A stretch of DNA of 64,000 nucleotides, taken from the NCBI GenBank assembly GCA_963740355.1, contig CAVUDW010000003.1, positions 2,304,001 through 2,368,000 on the forward strand. The letters run 5' to 3'. The stretch's first letter is position 1; the number at the start of each line of letters is the position of its first letter. The translations under genes and the position numbers were made by a program. The notes under the pieces were generated by a model. That model had not been told where the DNA came from, searched no databases, and saw only the letters and a list, made by a program, of their open reading frames with translations. Positions 8,792-17,803 of this stretch are shown here, one piece after another. Source of the stretch: an uncultured Gemmatimonadaceae bacterium. Lineage in GTDB: Bacteria > Gemmatimonadota > Gemmatimonadetes > Gemmatimonadales > Gemmatimonadaceae.

Positions 8792-11452
8792 CTAGAACGT
8801 CCCGCCCAAAAACACCGCGTTCGCAAAAATCGGCAACTGCCCGCGGAACATGTCGCGGTACACGGGATCCTGCGTAAACGCGATCACTCGACCACGCCCC
8901 ACGCGCTCGGTCCAGAGATAGGGCGTCAAGCCCAGCTTGTCGGCCGCCTCGGGCCAGTAGTAGCCCGCCAGGCGAACACGACCCGCCGGCGCAAACCGAA
9001 TCACCGCCTCTCCCGCCGCCAGATCCTTCGGCACGGTGAATTGCCGGTCCCCGTTCACGAACACGGGAATTTCACGCGCATTCACACCGGACAGCAGCGG
9101 CGAAAGTGTGTCGATCGTCGCCCGCGCCAGCACACCGGGAAGTCCACCAGGCAACGGCGCGCCACCCGCCGAATCAGCGCGCGTCGAGTCGCGTCGCGCC
9201 CGCAAGCGAAGCAGGCCGTTCGGTTGCGCCGCCCAGGACGTCGCCGCTTCCGTCGTGATCAGCACACCACCGCTTCGCACCCATTCCGCCAACCGTGCCT
9301 TGCCCGCATCGCCCAGGATGCGATCCAGCGCCCCGCCCTGCACCGACGGGATAATGAGCACCGTGTACCGCCGCATGTCGCCATTCGCGAGGTATGATGC
9401 ATCGATCACCGTCGACGGATATCCAAGTCGCTGGTCGAGCGCATACCACACGAACCCGAATGGCGTGCCCGACACCGGCGCGCCGCCGAGTACCGCCACT
9501 GTCGGTGCACGCACCGGAACCACCGAGTTACTTCCCAGGTCGGTGCCCTCCGTCACACCGGCCGAGGCGATCGGTGCCACCTGTGCGCCAGCCGCCAGCG
9601 CCAATGCCGATACCCGTCCGTGCACCGACGCATCGTTCATCGCCACACGCACCACATAGGCACCGTGCGGGAACTTCGCACTGCCGGATGTGAACGGCAT
9701 CGGCGCATACCAGACACGAATCGAGTCTCCCAACAGCGACGACAGCAGCCGGATCGACGACTCGCTCCCCGGCGCGAACGCGTACCCATACTGCGCGATC
9801 GACATCGTGGTTGCGACCGCCCGCGGCAACTCCGTAACCGCGGTCACGCCCGCCGGAATCGCCCGCACCGCATACGCCTGCACGCGCCACGCCATGGGCA
9901 GTGACCACGCCGTCACATCGTAGAATCGGTTCCGGCTGCCGGTGCGGCGAAGTTCGAGCTCGAACTTGAGGAACGCCGAATCGAGTGCCGCATCCGGCTC
10001 GAGCAGCGCCTTCGCCAGGTGCCCCTGCGGTTGCGCGTAGTCCACGACATAGGCGCCCGCACGCACCTTCGTCGTCAGCACCGACGACGACGTGCCATAC
10101 GCCGTCGCGTTCATCAGGTCGGCGTCCGCGTTCAGCCGCGAGACATCGATGCCGTTGGCACGCAGCGACATCGCCAGCGAATCGGCACGCCCCTGATCGT
10201 CTCGCACGAACACCACGCCGCGATTCACATCCTTTGCGTGGCTGCTTATCGCATCCGCACGCGCCTGCGCGTAGTCACGCAGCAGTTCGGTCCGCCGACG
10301 CGCTGACGTCCGCACCGTCGCCCACTCCGCCGTGTAATGCTCCCACGCCGCCTGGCGCAACGTGCGCAGCGTGCCGTCATTCCGCATCACGGCGCCGCCC
10401 GCGCTGGATGCCGCCTCGAACAACATGCCGATGCTGCCGGTGAGCATCGGCCATCCCTCGCCATAGCCGGGATAGAACGAATCGTAGCCCTCGCGACGGA
10501 AGTACGACCAGCCGTGCGTGTCAAAGTCTGCACCATGCGCCGCTGCGAAGATGTCGAACCACTTCGGCAGGTTCTTCGGATTGTTCGCGTTGTCTGGCTC
10601 TCGCGGTGGCGCGAAATAGAACGACGAACTCGAGCCCTGCTCATGCAGGTCGACAGCGACCTGCGGCATCCAGGTCAGGAAGGTCTTCACGCGACCCTTT
10701 GACTCGGGGTGCGACTGCGTGAACCAGTCGCGATTGAGGTCGAAGTAGTAGTGCGAGGTGCGCGGCCCGGGCCAGCTGCCGGCATTGTTCAGCGCCTGCG
10801 GATCGCTGGCGATGCCGGCGCTGCTCGTCATGCGCTCGAGGTCGTGCGTGAAACGCTCACGTCCATCCGGATTTTCGTTCGGATCGATCAACACCACCGT
10901 GCTGTCCAGCGCCATCAGCGTCTCGGCATCCGTTCCGGCCGCCAACTGGTAGAGCAGCGCCAACCCCGCTTCGGCCCCCGACGCCTCGCCACCATGCACT
11001 GAGTGCGCCAGCCAGACGATCGCAGGTGTCCGCTTGATCGCTGCCTCCACCTCACCGGCCGTCGCACCGCGCGGATCGGCAATGCGACGTGCATCGCGCG
11101 AAATGTCAGCCAGTCGAGCCATGTTGGCTTCACTCGACACCGTGATCACGAGCATCTCGCGACCCTCGAACGTGTGCGACACCGTGTCCACCTTCACACG
11201 CTTCGACGTCGCCGCGATCCGCTCGATGTAGCGCATCATCAACCGCTGCGGCGTGAAGCGGGCGCCATTTTCGTAGCCAAGGATGCTGCGCGGCGTCGGT
11301 ACCCGCGGATCGTAGGTCCGCGCCGGCGTGCCGGTGGCCTCGGTGAATCCGTGCTGCGCGCGTGCGGTGAGCGGCAGGAGGGCGCTGGCGGCAAGCAGCA
11401 GGCCGGGAACGACGAAGCGCCGAGGCGCGCGACTGGTGACAATGCGGGGCAT
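8792..11452 (-). CDS. M14 family zinc carboxypeptidase (exported)
   Basis: HSVHGGE, NPDGRER, DLNRDW and DLHEQ motifs; signal peptide. Confidence 0.9.
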   Translation of the reverse strand: MPRIVTSRAPRRFVVPGLLLAASALLPLTARAQHGFTEATGTPARTYDPRVPTPRSILGYENGARFTPQRLMMRYIERIAATSKRVKVDTVSHTFEGREMLVITVSSEANMARLADISRDARRIADPRGATAGEVEAAIKRTPAIVWLAHSVHGGEASGAEAGLALLYQLAAGTDAETLMALDSTVVLIDPNENPDGRERFTHDLERMTSSAGIASDPQALNNAGSWPGPRTSHYYFDLNRDWFTQSHPESKGRVKTFLTWMPQVAVDLHEQGSSSSFYFAPPREPDNANNPKNLPKWFDIFAAAHGADFDTHGWSYFRREGYDSFYPGYGEGWPMLTGSIGMLFEAASSAGGAVMRNDGTLRTLRQAAWEHYTAEWATVRTSARRRTELLRDYAQARADAISSHAKDVNRGVVFVRDDQGRADSLAMSLRANGIDVSRLNADADLMNATAYGTSSSVLTTKVRAGAYVVDYAQPQGHLAKALLEPDAALDSAFLKFELELRRTGSRNRFYDVTAWSLPMAWRVQAYAVRAIPAGVTAVTELPRAVATTMSIAQYGYAFAPGSESSIRLLSSLLGDSIRVWYAPMPFTSGSAKFPHGAYVVRVAMNDASVHGRVSALALAAGAQVAPIASAGVTEGTDLGSNSVVPVRAPTVAVLGGAPVSGTPFGFVWYALDQRLGYPSTVIDASYLANGDMRRYTVLIIPSVQGGALDRILGDAGKARLAEWVRSGGVLITTEAATSWAAQPNGLLRLRARRDSTRADSAGGAPLPGGLPGVLARATIDTLSPLLSGVNAREIPVFVNGDRQFTVPKDLAAGEAVIRFAPAGRVRLAGYYWPEAADKLGLTPYLWTERVGRGRVIAFTQDPVYRDMFRGQLPIFANAVFLGGTF

Positions 11453-11498
11453 ATGACGCGGAAGGGGGGCGAGTGTCGAGACGAGCACGCCCACCAAG

Positions 11499-12110
11499 TT
11501 ACGGTCGAGTCCGCGCTCCACGCACCTCGTAGCGCAGCTCCACCATGCCGTTCTTGTACGCCTTGACCTCTGCCAGATGGAGCGCGATGTCCTGGTCAAG
11601 CCGCTCGAAGAACGGGATCCCTTCACCGATCAGGACCGGCAGGATCGAGTAGCGTACCTCATCCGCCAGTCCAAGCCGGAGACACTCGGCCGCGACCACA
11701 CCGCCACCGGCGAACCAGATGTTCCGGAAGCTCGGACGTAACTGCTCATTCACCAGCTGGCTCAGGTCTCCAGCGTAGAACTCGACATTCGGCCGGCTGC
11801 GAGGAAGGTCACGAGTGGTGAGCACGAACGTCGGCTTGTCACCATACACCCATCCCAGCCCCTGCGCCTCGAAGCGCAAGGCGGTCTCGTAGGTGCGCGA
11901 TCCCATGACGTAGCAGTCGATCGACTTCAGGAACGCCTCGACGTATGCGGGCTCCATGCTGACACCATCGGCAAACTCGTCCGCCGTCTCGAGCCAGTCC
12001 ACGCGTCCATCCTTGCGGGCGATGAAGCCGTCGAGGCTTGCCGCCATGTGCAGCGTAACGCGGGAGTCGGTGGGCGGCATCGGCGACGGCACCGGACGCT
12101 CGAGCGACAT
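11499..12110 (-). CDS. Dihydrofolate reductase-like (RibD C-terminal) protein
   Basis: MAASLDGFIARKDG, MGSRTYE and PVLIGEGIPFF. Confidence 0.9.
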   Translation of the reverse strand: MSLERPVPSPMPPTDSRVTLHMAASLDGFIARKDGRVDWLETADEFADGVSMEPAYVEAFLKSIDCYVMGSRTYETALRFEAQGLGWVYGDKPTFVLTTRDLPRSRPNVEFYAGDLSQLVNEQLRPSFRNIWFAGGGVVAAECLRLGLADEVRYSILPVLIGEGIPFFERLDQDIALHLAEVKAYKNGMVELRYEVRGARTRP

Positions 12111-13798
12111 CACGGCTTCTGGGCCGGCGCGCTCGAAGCGCTGTTCAGTCGATCCAGCGTGACGCGCCCGCCAACAACAGTGAGCAGGCTGGTCGTGCCA
12201 GGCAGCGCTGGCGGCGGGACGATGAAGATGTCCTGCGACAACACCGCGATATCCGCCAGTTTCCCTGCCACCAATGACCCCTTCTCTCGCTCCGCGTGTT
12301 CTGCGTACGCGGACATCAGCGTATATGCGATCACGGCCTGCTCACGGGTCAGCGCGTTCGATGGATTCGCTGGATTGACCGTTGCCAGCAGCACGTTCAG
12401 CCCGGTATTGGCCGGGCCGTCACTACCGATGGCCAGTGGAATGCCGGCCGCCACGATGCTACGCAACGCCTCTGACCGACTCGCGCGTTCGACACCCCAA
12501 CGATCACGGAGCAGCGGCAACGCAAGATGTGTCGGATTCTGCACGACCACGATGCCGAGCTTGCGTGCGTCGTCGAACTGATCCTCCATCAGTTGGTCTC
12601 CGTGCTCGAGACGTGGACGAATCGCACGCCAGACGGAGTCCGGTGCCACCATGCGCATCGCGCTGAACACCAGCGCAATCGTGCTATCCCCAACCGCGTG
12701 CAGGATCGGTTGCTGCTTCCGGCGCACCGCCTCGCGCAGCAGTGTGACAATGCTATCGAGCGAGAAGTTGCTTCGTCCGTACCACCCCGCTCGATCTGAG
12801 TATGGTGCGCGCATCAAGGCCAGTCGCTCGACCGGTGTCCCGTCGAGAACCCATTTCGCTCCCGAGACACGTGTCAGCCCAGCGCTCGCTCGAGCTGCGT
12901 TCCACATCTCAGCGCGGCTGCCGACTCGCGTCATTTCAAACGGAATGACGCGATGCCGCACGTGAAACACGCCAGCGCGCGAGACCGAAGCGAGAAGCGC
13001 TGGCGTGAGACCCGTGGTCATGTCCTGCACCGAGGTGATCCCGAACGCCGCCAATTCCGCATTCTGTGCCGTGAACGCCGCCACCGTCGGCGCACTGCCG
13101 TTTTCCACCGTCAGTCGCTGCAGCAGCGTGAAGTGGAGATACTCATCGATGCGGCCCGTGACGCGTCCGCTCGCGGTGCGTTCGAACCAACCGCCGACGG
13201 GGTCGTGCAACGTGTCGAGCCGTGCAGCCTTGATCGCTGCTGAATTCAGGATCGCGCCATGCCCGGACCAACCCTGCAGGTACACATTGTGACGCGGAGC
13301 CACGCGGTCAAGCGCAGCGCGACGGGCCATGGAATCGCCAAGAATCGTCTCGGCGACCTGCGTGGTGATCCAGGTGCCCGATGGCGTGCGACCAGTGATT
13401 GCCGCGATGGAATCGAGCAGCACGCTGAGCGCGGGATCGGGCGTCGGACTCTCGCCGGTAGCGAAGCTGATTGCCTTGATGCCAGCGCCAAGGTGTGTGT
13501 GGGCATCGTTGAACCCTGGCACGACCAGCTTCCCGTTCAGCGCGATGTGGCGCGTACGTGCAGTCCGTAGCCGCTCGACCTCCGCGTCACTGCCGACAGC
13601 GAGGATCCTGTCGCCTCGTAACGCGATCGCAGTCGCCCACGGGCGCGTTGAGTCGGCAGTGAATATTCGGCCACCGCTCAGGATCATGTCGGCACCGGCG
13701 CGATCACGAATCACTTGCGCACGCGTCGCGGATGCTGAAAACAGGGCAACGGTGACCAGAAAGCCAGCGCAAATGGCGCGACTCGACGCAGACGACAT
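12110..13798 (-). CDS. Amidohydrolase 3 (YtcJ-like) protein
   Basis: PGFNDAHTH, HAVGD, RLEH, GSD and GSLVAGKLADIAVL. Confidence 0.9.
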   Translation of the reverse strand: MSSASSRAICAGFLVTVALFSASATRAQVIRDRAGADMILSGGRIFTADSTRPWATAIALRGDRILAVGSDAEVERLRTARTRHIALNGKLVVPGFNDAHTHLGAGIKAISFATGESPTPDPALSVLLDSIAAITGRTPSGTWITTQVAETILGDSMARRAALDRVAPRHNVYLQGWSGHGAILNSAAIKAARLDTLHDPVGGWFERTASGRVTGRIDEYLHFTLLQRLTVENGSAPTVAAFTAQNAELAAFGITSVQDMTTGLTPALLASVSRAGVFHVRHRVIPFEMTRVGSRAEMWNAARASAGLTRVSGAKWVLDGTPVERLALMRAPYSDRAGWYGRSNFSLDSIVTLLREAVRRKQQPILHAVGDSTIALVFSAMRMVAPDSVWRAIRPRLEHGDQLMEDQFDDARKLGIVVVQNPTHLALPLLRDRWGVERASRSEALRSIVAAGIPLAIGSDGPANTGLNVLLATVNPANPSNALTREQAVIAYTLMSAYAEHAEREKGSLVAGKLADIAVLSQDIFIVPPPALPGTTSLLTVVGGRVTLDRLNSASSAPAQKP

Positions 13799-13878
13799 GG
13801 CAAGAGCTCCGTGTTATGGCGATCGAAAGCCAATGAACGACAACAGTCTACGCGCTGTGGCGAGGCCACCCGCCCTGA

Positions 13879-14265
13879 TCATTCGCCGTCCGGCGGTTGC
13901 CAGAGCTCGACCTTGTTGCCTTCGGGATCGATCACCCACGCGAACTTTCCGTACTCCGAGTCGTCAACCTTGTCGAGCACATTGCAGCCTTCCTCGCGCA
14001 AGGCCTGCACGAGGCCGAGCAGATCGGCGACTCGGTAGTTGACCATGAATGGCGCACTACTTGGCGCGAACTGATCGCCCCCCTCCGGAAAGATCGACCA
14101 CGCCGTCGTACCGGCGACCGGCTTCCCATCGCCATCGGTCCATGGAAACGCTGCCCCACCCCACGGCTGCACGTCCACGCCGAGGTGGCGCTTGTACCAC
14201 GCTTGAAGCGCCGGCGCGTCCTTCGCCGTGAAAAAAATGCCGCCGATGCCGGTCACACGCTTCAT
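13879..14265 (-). CDS. VOC family protein
   Basis: MKRVTGIGGIFF and YGKFAWVIDPEGNKVELWQP. Confidence 0.9.
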   Translation of the reverse strand: MKRVTGIGGIFFTAKDAPALQAWYKRHLGVDVQPWGGAAFPWTDGDGKPVAGTTAWSIFPEGGDQFAPSSAPFMVNYRVADLLGLVQALREEGCNVLDKVDDSEYGKFAWVIDPEGNKVELWQPPDGE

Positions 14266-14360
14266 GGGTCCTTCGCAGTTGGGGGGGGCAGGCTTCTGGA
14301 TCGAATGCACCATCGGTCGTACACAACCTGTCATCCGCGAGCGCCGTCATCGCCTCGCCA

Positions 14361-14729
14361 TCAACCTGGCGGCCCGACCGCCAGCGTCGGCCCCATGACG
14401 AAGATGGTGTTGTCGAATGGATCCTGCAGGCCGAATGTTCGCGCGCCCCACGGCTCGTCCCGTGGCGCCTGCGACACCGTCACGCGAGAAGACCACTCGT
14501 CGTAGTATGCGTCGGCGCTATCAACCTCCAGTGAAACGCACGCCTGGCGGCCATGTCCGTTCATCGGGCAGTCGAGCGTGATCGCAATCCCGCCACGCAC
14601 GACGCCGAGCAGCCCCGTTCGACCGTCATCGCTCGCCTCGAAGCTGACGGAGAAACCAAGCTTCTCGACGTAGAAGTGTCGTGCGACTCGCAGGTCGTCG
14701 ACCGGCAAGACAGGCACTGCGCGTTCCAT
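14361..14729 (-). CDS. VOC/bleomycin-resistance-like protein
   Basis: AVPVLPVDD...FYVEKLGF and EPWGARTFGLQDPFDN. Confidence 0.85.
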   Translation of the reverse strand: MERAVPVLPVDDLRVARHFYVEKLGFSVSFEASDDGRTGLLGVVRGGIAITLDCPMNGHGRQACVSLEVDSADAYYDEWSSRVTVSQAPRDEPWGARTFGLQDPFDNTIFVMGPTLAVGPPG

Positions 14730-14837
14730 GACGACCTCACAGGCAGTGGCGTGGCGCGGCGACTTCAGGGCATGTTGGTGGATTCCGCCATCACACTGTG
14801 GCCCGTGACGGATGCTGGCAAGGTCGGCCCCGCTGGC

Positions 14838-15257
14838 TCACGGAGACTTCCGGAAAAGCCGCACCATCGACTCGGCGTCGATCGCACGCATCTCGACCAG
14901 CTTGAGCGATTTGACCATTTCGGCCGTGGTCGTCTTGTAGCGAAGGAAGTGCGGAGTGAGCAAATGCGCCTCATAGGCGGCGCGGCTGGCGTAGATCTCG
15001 AGAATGCGCACGTGGGTGGGATGCTCTTTCTCGATCATCGGGAAAATGGCAATCACGCCCGGTTCCAGCCGAACGGACGCTTCCGCCTCTTCCTTGAGAA
15101 TGGCCTGATACGCGTCAAGGTCGCCTGGCCCGACCTCGATCTCCGCGACGCGAACCATCGCCATCGCCTCACCGCGCTGCTCGCTTGTGGCTGCCGGATC
15201 GATGAAAAGCATTGCCATCGCGACGACTCCCACCGACGTTCGAAATTGATGCCGCAT
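14838..15257 (-). CDS. Antibiotic biosynthesis monooxygenase (ABM) family protein
   Basis: SVRLEPGVI and ILEIYASRAAYEAHLLTPHF; start uncertain. Confidence 0.8.
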   Translation of the reverse strand: MRHQFRTSVGVVAMAMLFIDPAATSEQRGEAMAMVRVAEIEVGPGDLDAYQAILKEEAEASVRLEPGVIAIFPMIEKEHPTHVRILEIYASRAAYEAHLLTPHFLRYKTTTAEMVKSLKLVEMRAIDAESMVRLFRKSP

Positions 15258-15349
15258 TGATGTTCCGTATCGGTGCAAGGTGCGCGATGCCAGCTCTTCA
15301 TGGAAATAGAGCCGACGGCACCGACTATCGCATCACCCACCGACCGCGA

Positions 15350-16501
15350 CTACGGCGCAAATGTCCAGGCCGTCGCCTGCGGGCCACGATCATCGCCGTA
15401 GCCACCGGTGATCAGGACTTCGCCAGTCCGGAGCAGCGTGGAGGCAGAGAACTGTCCGCTCAGGCGACCACCGCCGTCGACGGACGCGAACGCGTCGCGG
15501 CGCGGGTCGAACAACTCCGCGTCGCGTGCACCACCGGCCATCAGCACCATGCCAGACGGCAGCAGGATCGAACTCCCGTTGTGTTTGTAGCGACCATGAG
15601 TGAGTGCGGGCCCGGCGCGGAAGCTGCCCGTCAACGGATCGAACAGCTCAGTCGAGCGATACACGCCGGCATCGTCGCGCTCGTCGGAGCCACCGGATAC
15701 CAGCACCCGTCCGTCGCGTAGAAGCACTGCATCGTGTTTGTGACGGCGCACATGCATGTCGCCCGTCCGCTGAAAGGTGCCTGTGGTCGGATCATACAGT
15801 TCCGCGGAGGCGTAGAGCGTGATGGACGCTCGTCGACCTTGATGCCCACCAACGATCAGCACTCGTCCGTCGCTCAATCGCACCGCAGCATGGCTCTCGC
15901 GCGCGACCGTCATTGGTCCAGTGGCGGTAAAGCGACCGGTCGCCGGGTCATAGCGTTCGGCACTCGACAAGAACTGCCAGTCCGGCCCCACGCCGCCCGC
16001 AATCAGCACGGTGCCATCCCGCAACGCGATCGCGATGTGCCCAGCGCGCGGCGCCAGCAGCGATCCAGTCGGCGTGAACGTGTTGCGCGTCGGGTCGAAG
16101 ATTTCGGCGGAGGTCACGGTGCGTCCGCCCTCCGCATACCCACCGACAATCAACACCGTGCCATTCTGGAGCAGCGTCGCCGTATGACTGTGGCGCAGCG
16201 TGGTGAGCCGCGGCAGCGCTGTAAATCGCTCGCTGCGGCGATCATAGGCTTCAGCACTGTGCGCCGCATTCTGCTCCGCCGTGAAGCCGCCCACCACCAG
16301 CACGCGACCGTCCAGCAGCGTCGTGGCCGTATGCGCCATCCTCGCCACATGCATCGACGCCGTCGGCTGGACGCGCGGCCCCCCCGTCTCACTGAATCCG
16401 CGCTCCGCCGCGGCACCAGTGTCCCAACGAATGCCGGCCGCGCCAATCAGTGTGAACGCAAGCAGGCAGAACACGCGTCGTGCTCCGTAGACTGGAACCA
16501 T
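15350..16501 (-). CDS. Kelch-repeat beta-propeller protein (exported)
   Basis: Repeated R.xHTATLL.DG.VLxxGG...AExYDP units. Confidence 0.9.
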   Translation of the reverse strand: MVPVYGARRVFCLLAFTLIGAAGIRWDTGAAAERGFSETGGPRVQPTASMHVARMAHTATTLLDGRVLVVGGFTAEQNAAHSAEAYDRRSERFTALPRLTTLRHSHTATLLQNGTVLIVGGYAEGGRTVTSAEIFDPTRNTFTPTGSLLAPRAGHIAIALRDGTVLIAGGVGPDWQFLSSAERYDPATGRFTATGPMTVARESHAAVRLSDGRVLIVGGHQGRRASITLYASAELYDPTTGTFQRTGDMHVRRHKHDAVLLRDGRVLVSGGSDERDDAGVYRSTELFDPLTGSFRAGPALTHGRYKHNGSSILLPSGMVLMAGGARDAELFDPRRDAFASVDGGGRLSGQFSASTLLRTGEVLITGGYGDDRGPQATAWTFAP

Positions 16502-16580
16502 GCCCTCACTCCCGGAAGTCGGTGCGTCACCTCTCGACGATCGACTATGAGTTCCCGCAGCGCGCACGCGGGTTTACCCG

Positions 16581-16694
16581 AATCCGGTGACAGTGCACTC
16601 AATAGCCGCGAAAACTGGTGACAGCGAAATCCGGTGACAGTGCACTCAATTCTTTGAATTGAGTGCACTGTCACCGGATTTCCGCTGTCACCGG
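16581..16694. repeat. REP-like palindromic repeat cluster A (GAAATCCGGTGACAGTGCACTCAATTC)
   Basis: Perfect 27-bp inverted arms at 16626-16652 and 16656-16682, plus a direct copy at 16581-16603 and partial copies. Confidence 0.9.
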
Positions 16695-17332
16695 AAGTCG
16701 CTCCCCTCCGCATCGCCCGAGCTCCCTCGCACCGAAGCTCGCCGCCGGAACTCCCGGCTCACGAGCGCGCAGACGACCGGCAGGATCAGCGCATAGCCCA
16801 CGATGCCAACACGCTGGAGCGGCATCTTTCCAAGCGCAGGACCGACCAGGCCAACCAGACACAGCACACCCGCAATCGCAAACCCAGCGCGTATCGCTCG
16901 GAGTCGAGGCAGGTCCTCGATAGCCATTGAGGTGCAGACGAGCGCGATTCCGAGCAGTGCATCCCACGCGGCAAGTTCCGCGGCGTAGAGCACCGACGGC
17001 CAGACCATCGTCGGCATGCCGAGCTGACGGCCCGCCGTGAGTGCGATCACGTGCACGAGCGTGGTAGTGCCTGCGAACAGCCCCGTGAACGTCAGCGCCA
17101 ACTGACCATAGACACGCCGCTCCCGCCGCGCGTCACTGGCGATCGCCGCGACCATCAGGGTGATCGCAACGGCTGAAAGGACTGTGATGACTTCCATCAG
17201 CGCGAGGATTGGATCACCGATTGGCGCCTCGAGCCCGAACTCGGCAACGCCAGCACCGAGCACCACCAGGTAGAGCGCACCAAGGGCGACGACCGTGTTC
17301 GCCGACCAACGTCCCAGCACTGCGATCTCCAC
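16688..17332 (-). CDS. Multi-pass membrane hypothetical protein
   Basis: About 6 hydrophobic segments; start uncertain. Confidence 0.7.
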   Translation of the reverse strand: MEIAVLGRWSANTVVALGALYLVVLGAGVAEFGLEAPIGDPILALMEVITVLSAVAITLMVAAIASDARRERRVYGQLALTFTGLFAGTTTLVHVIALTAGRQLGMPTMVWPSVLYAAELAAWDALLGIALVCTSMAIEDLPRLRAIRAGFAIAGVLCLVGLVGPALGKMPLQRVGIVGYALILPVVCALVSREFRRRASVRGSSGDAEGSDFR

Positions 17333-17479
17333 GTTTACACCAAAGCAATTGACGCATGACGGCACTGCGTTCTGCAGGACCAGAACTGCACATGGGGAAC
17401 GTACGCCGACGCGCCGACCAGCACTCGCGCAGTCGCCAGCACCATCGCGGACACGCCACGCCGGGGTCGAAACTCCCTT

Positions 17480-17508
17480 TTGACAAGAAACGTTGTCAAG
17501 CCTAGAAT
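17480..17508 (+). promoter_or_regulatory. Sigma70-type promoter with overlapping palindromic operator
   Basis: TTGACA(17480)-N17-TAGAAT(17503); palindrome TTGACAA-N6-TTGTCAA. Confidence 0.7.
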
Positions 17509-17514
17509 CTCCTC

Positions 17515-17685
17515 ATGCTCGCGCTCGGTTCCTTCAATATGGGCGGCGACAACAGCATGGCTGCGTTGAGCTTCTTCCACTACGGCGACCACGCCGCCGA
17601 AACCGCCGCCCGCGAGACGCCGATCTGGCAGGCGTGGATCGACGACCACTTCCCGATGCCGACGGAACCCAGTCCGAGCGCGTGA
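17515..17685 (+). pseudogene. 56-aa gene remnant resembling the C-terminus of an SRPBCC-family protein
   Basis: MLALGSFNMGG...FFHYGDHAAETAARETPIWQAWIDDHFPMP; family resemblance from recall only. Confidence 0.5.
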
Positions 17686-17803
17686 ACTGGTGGCCACGGC
17701 AACGCGGTCGTGTCAACGCGACCGCGCTCCCGGGCTCCCGGTATTAGTCTGCTGAAAGGCGCCGCAAAGCCTTCCCTCACGTTTGTGACTCGCGAGTTTG
17801 CCG

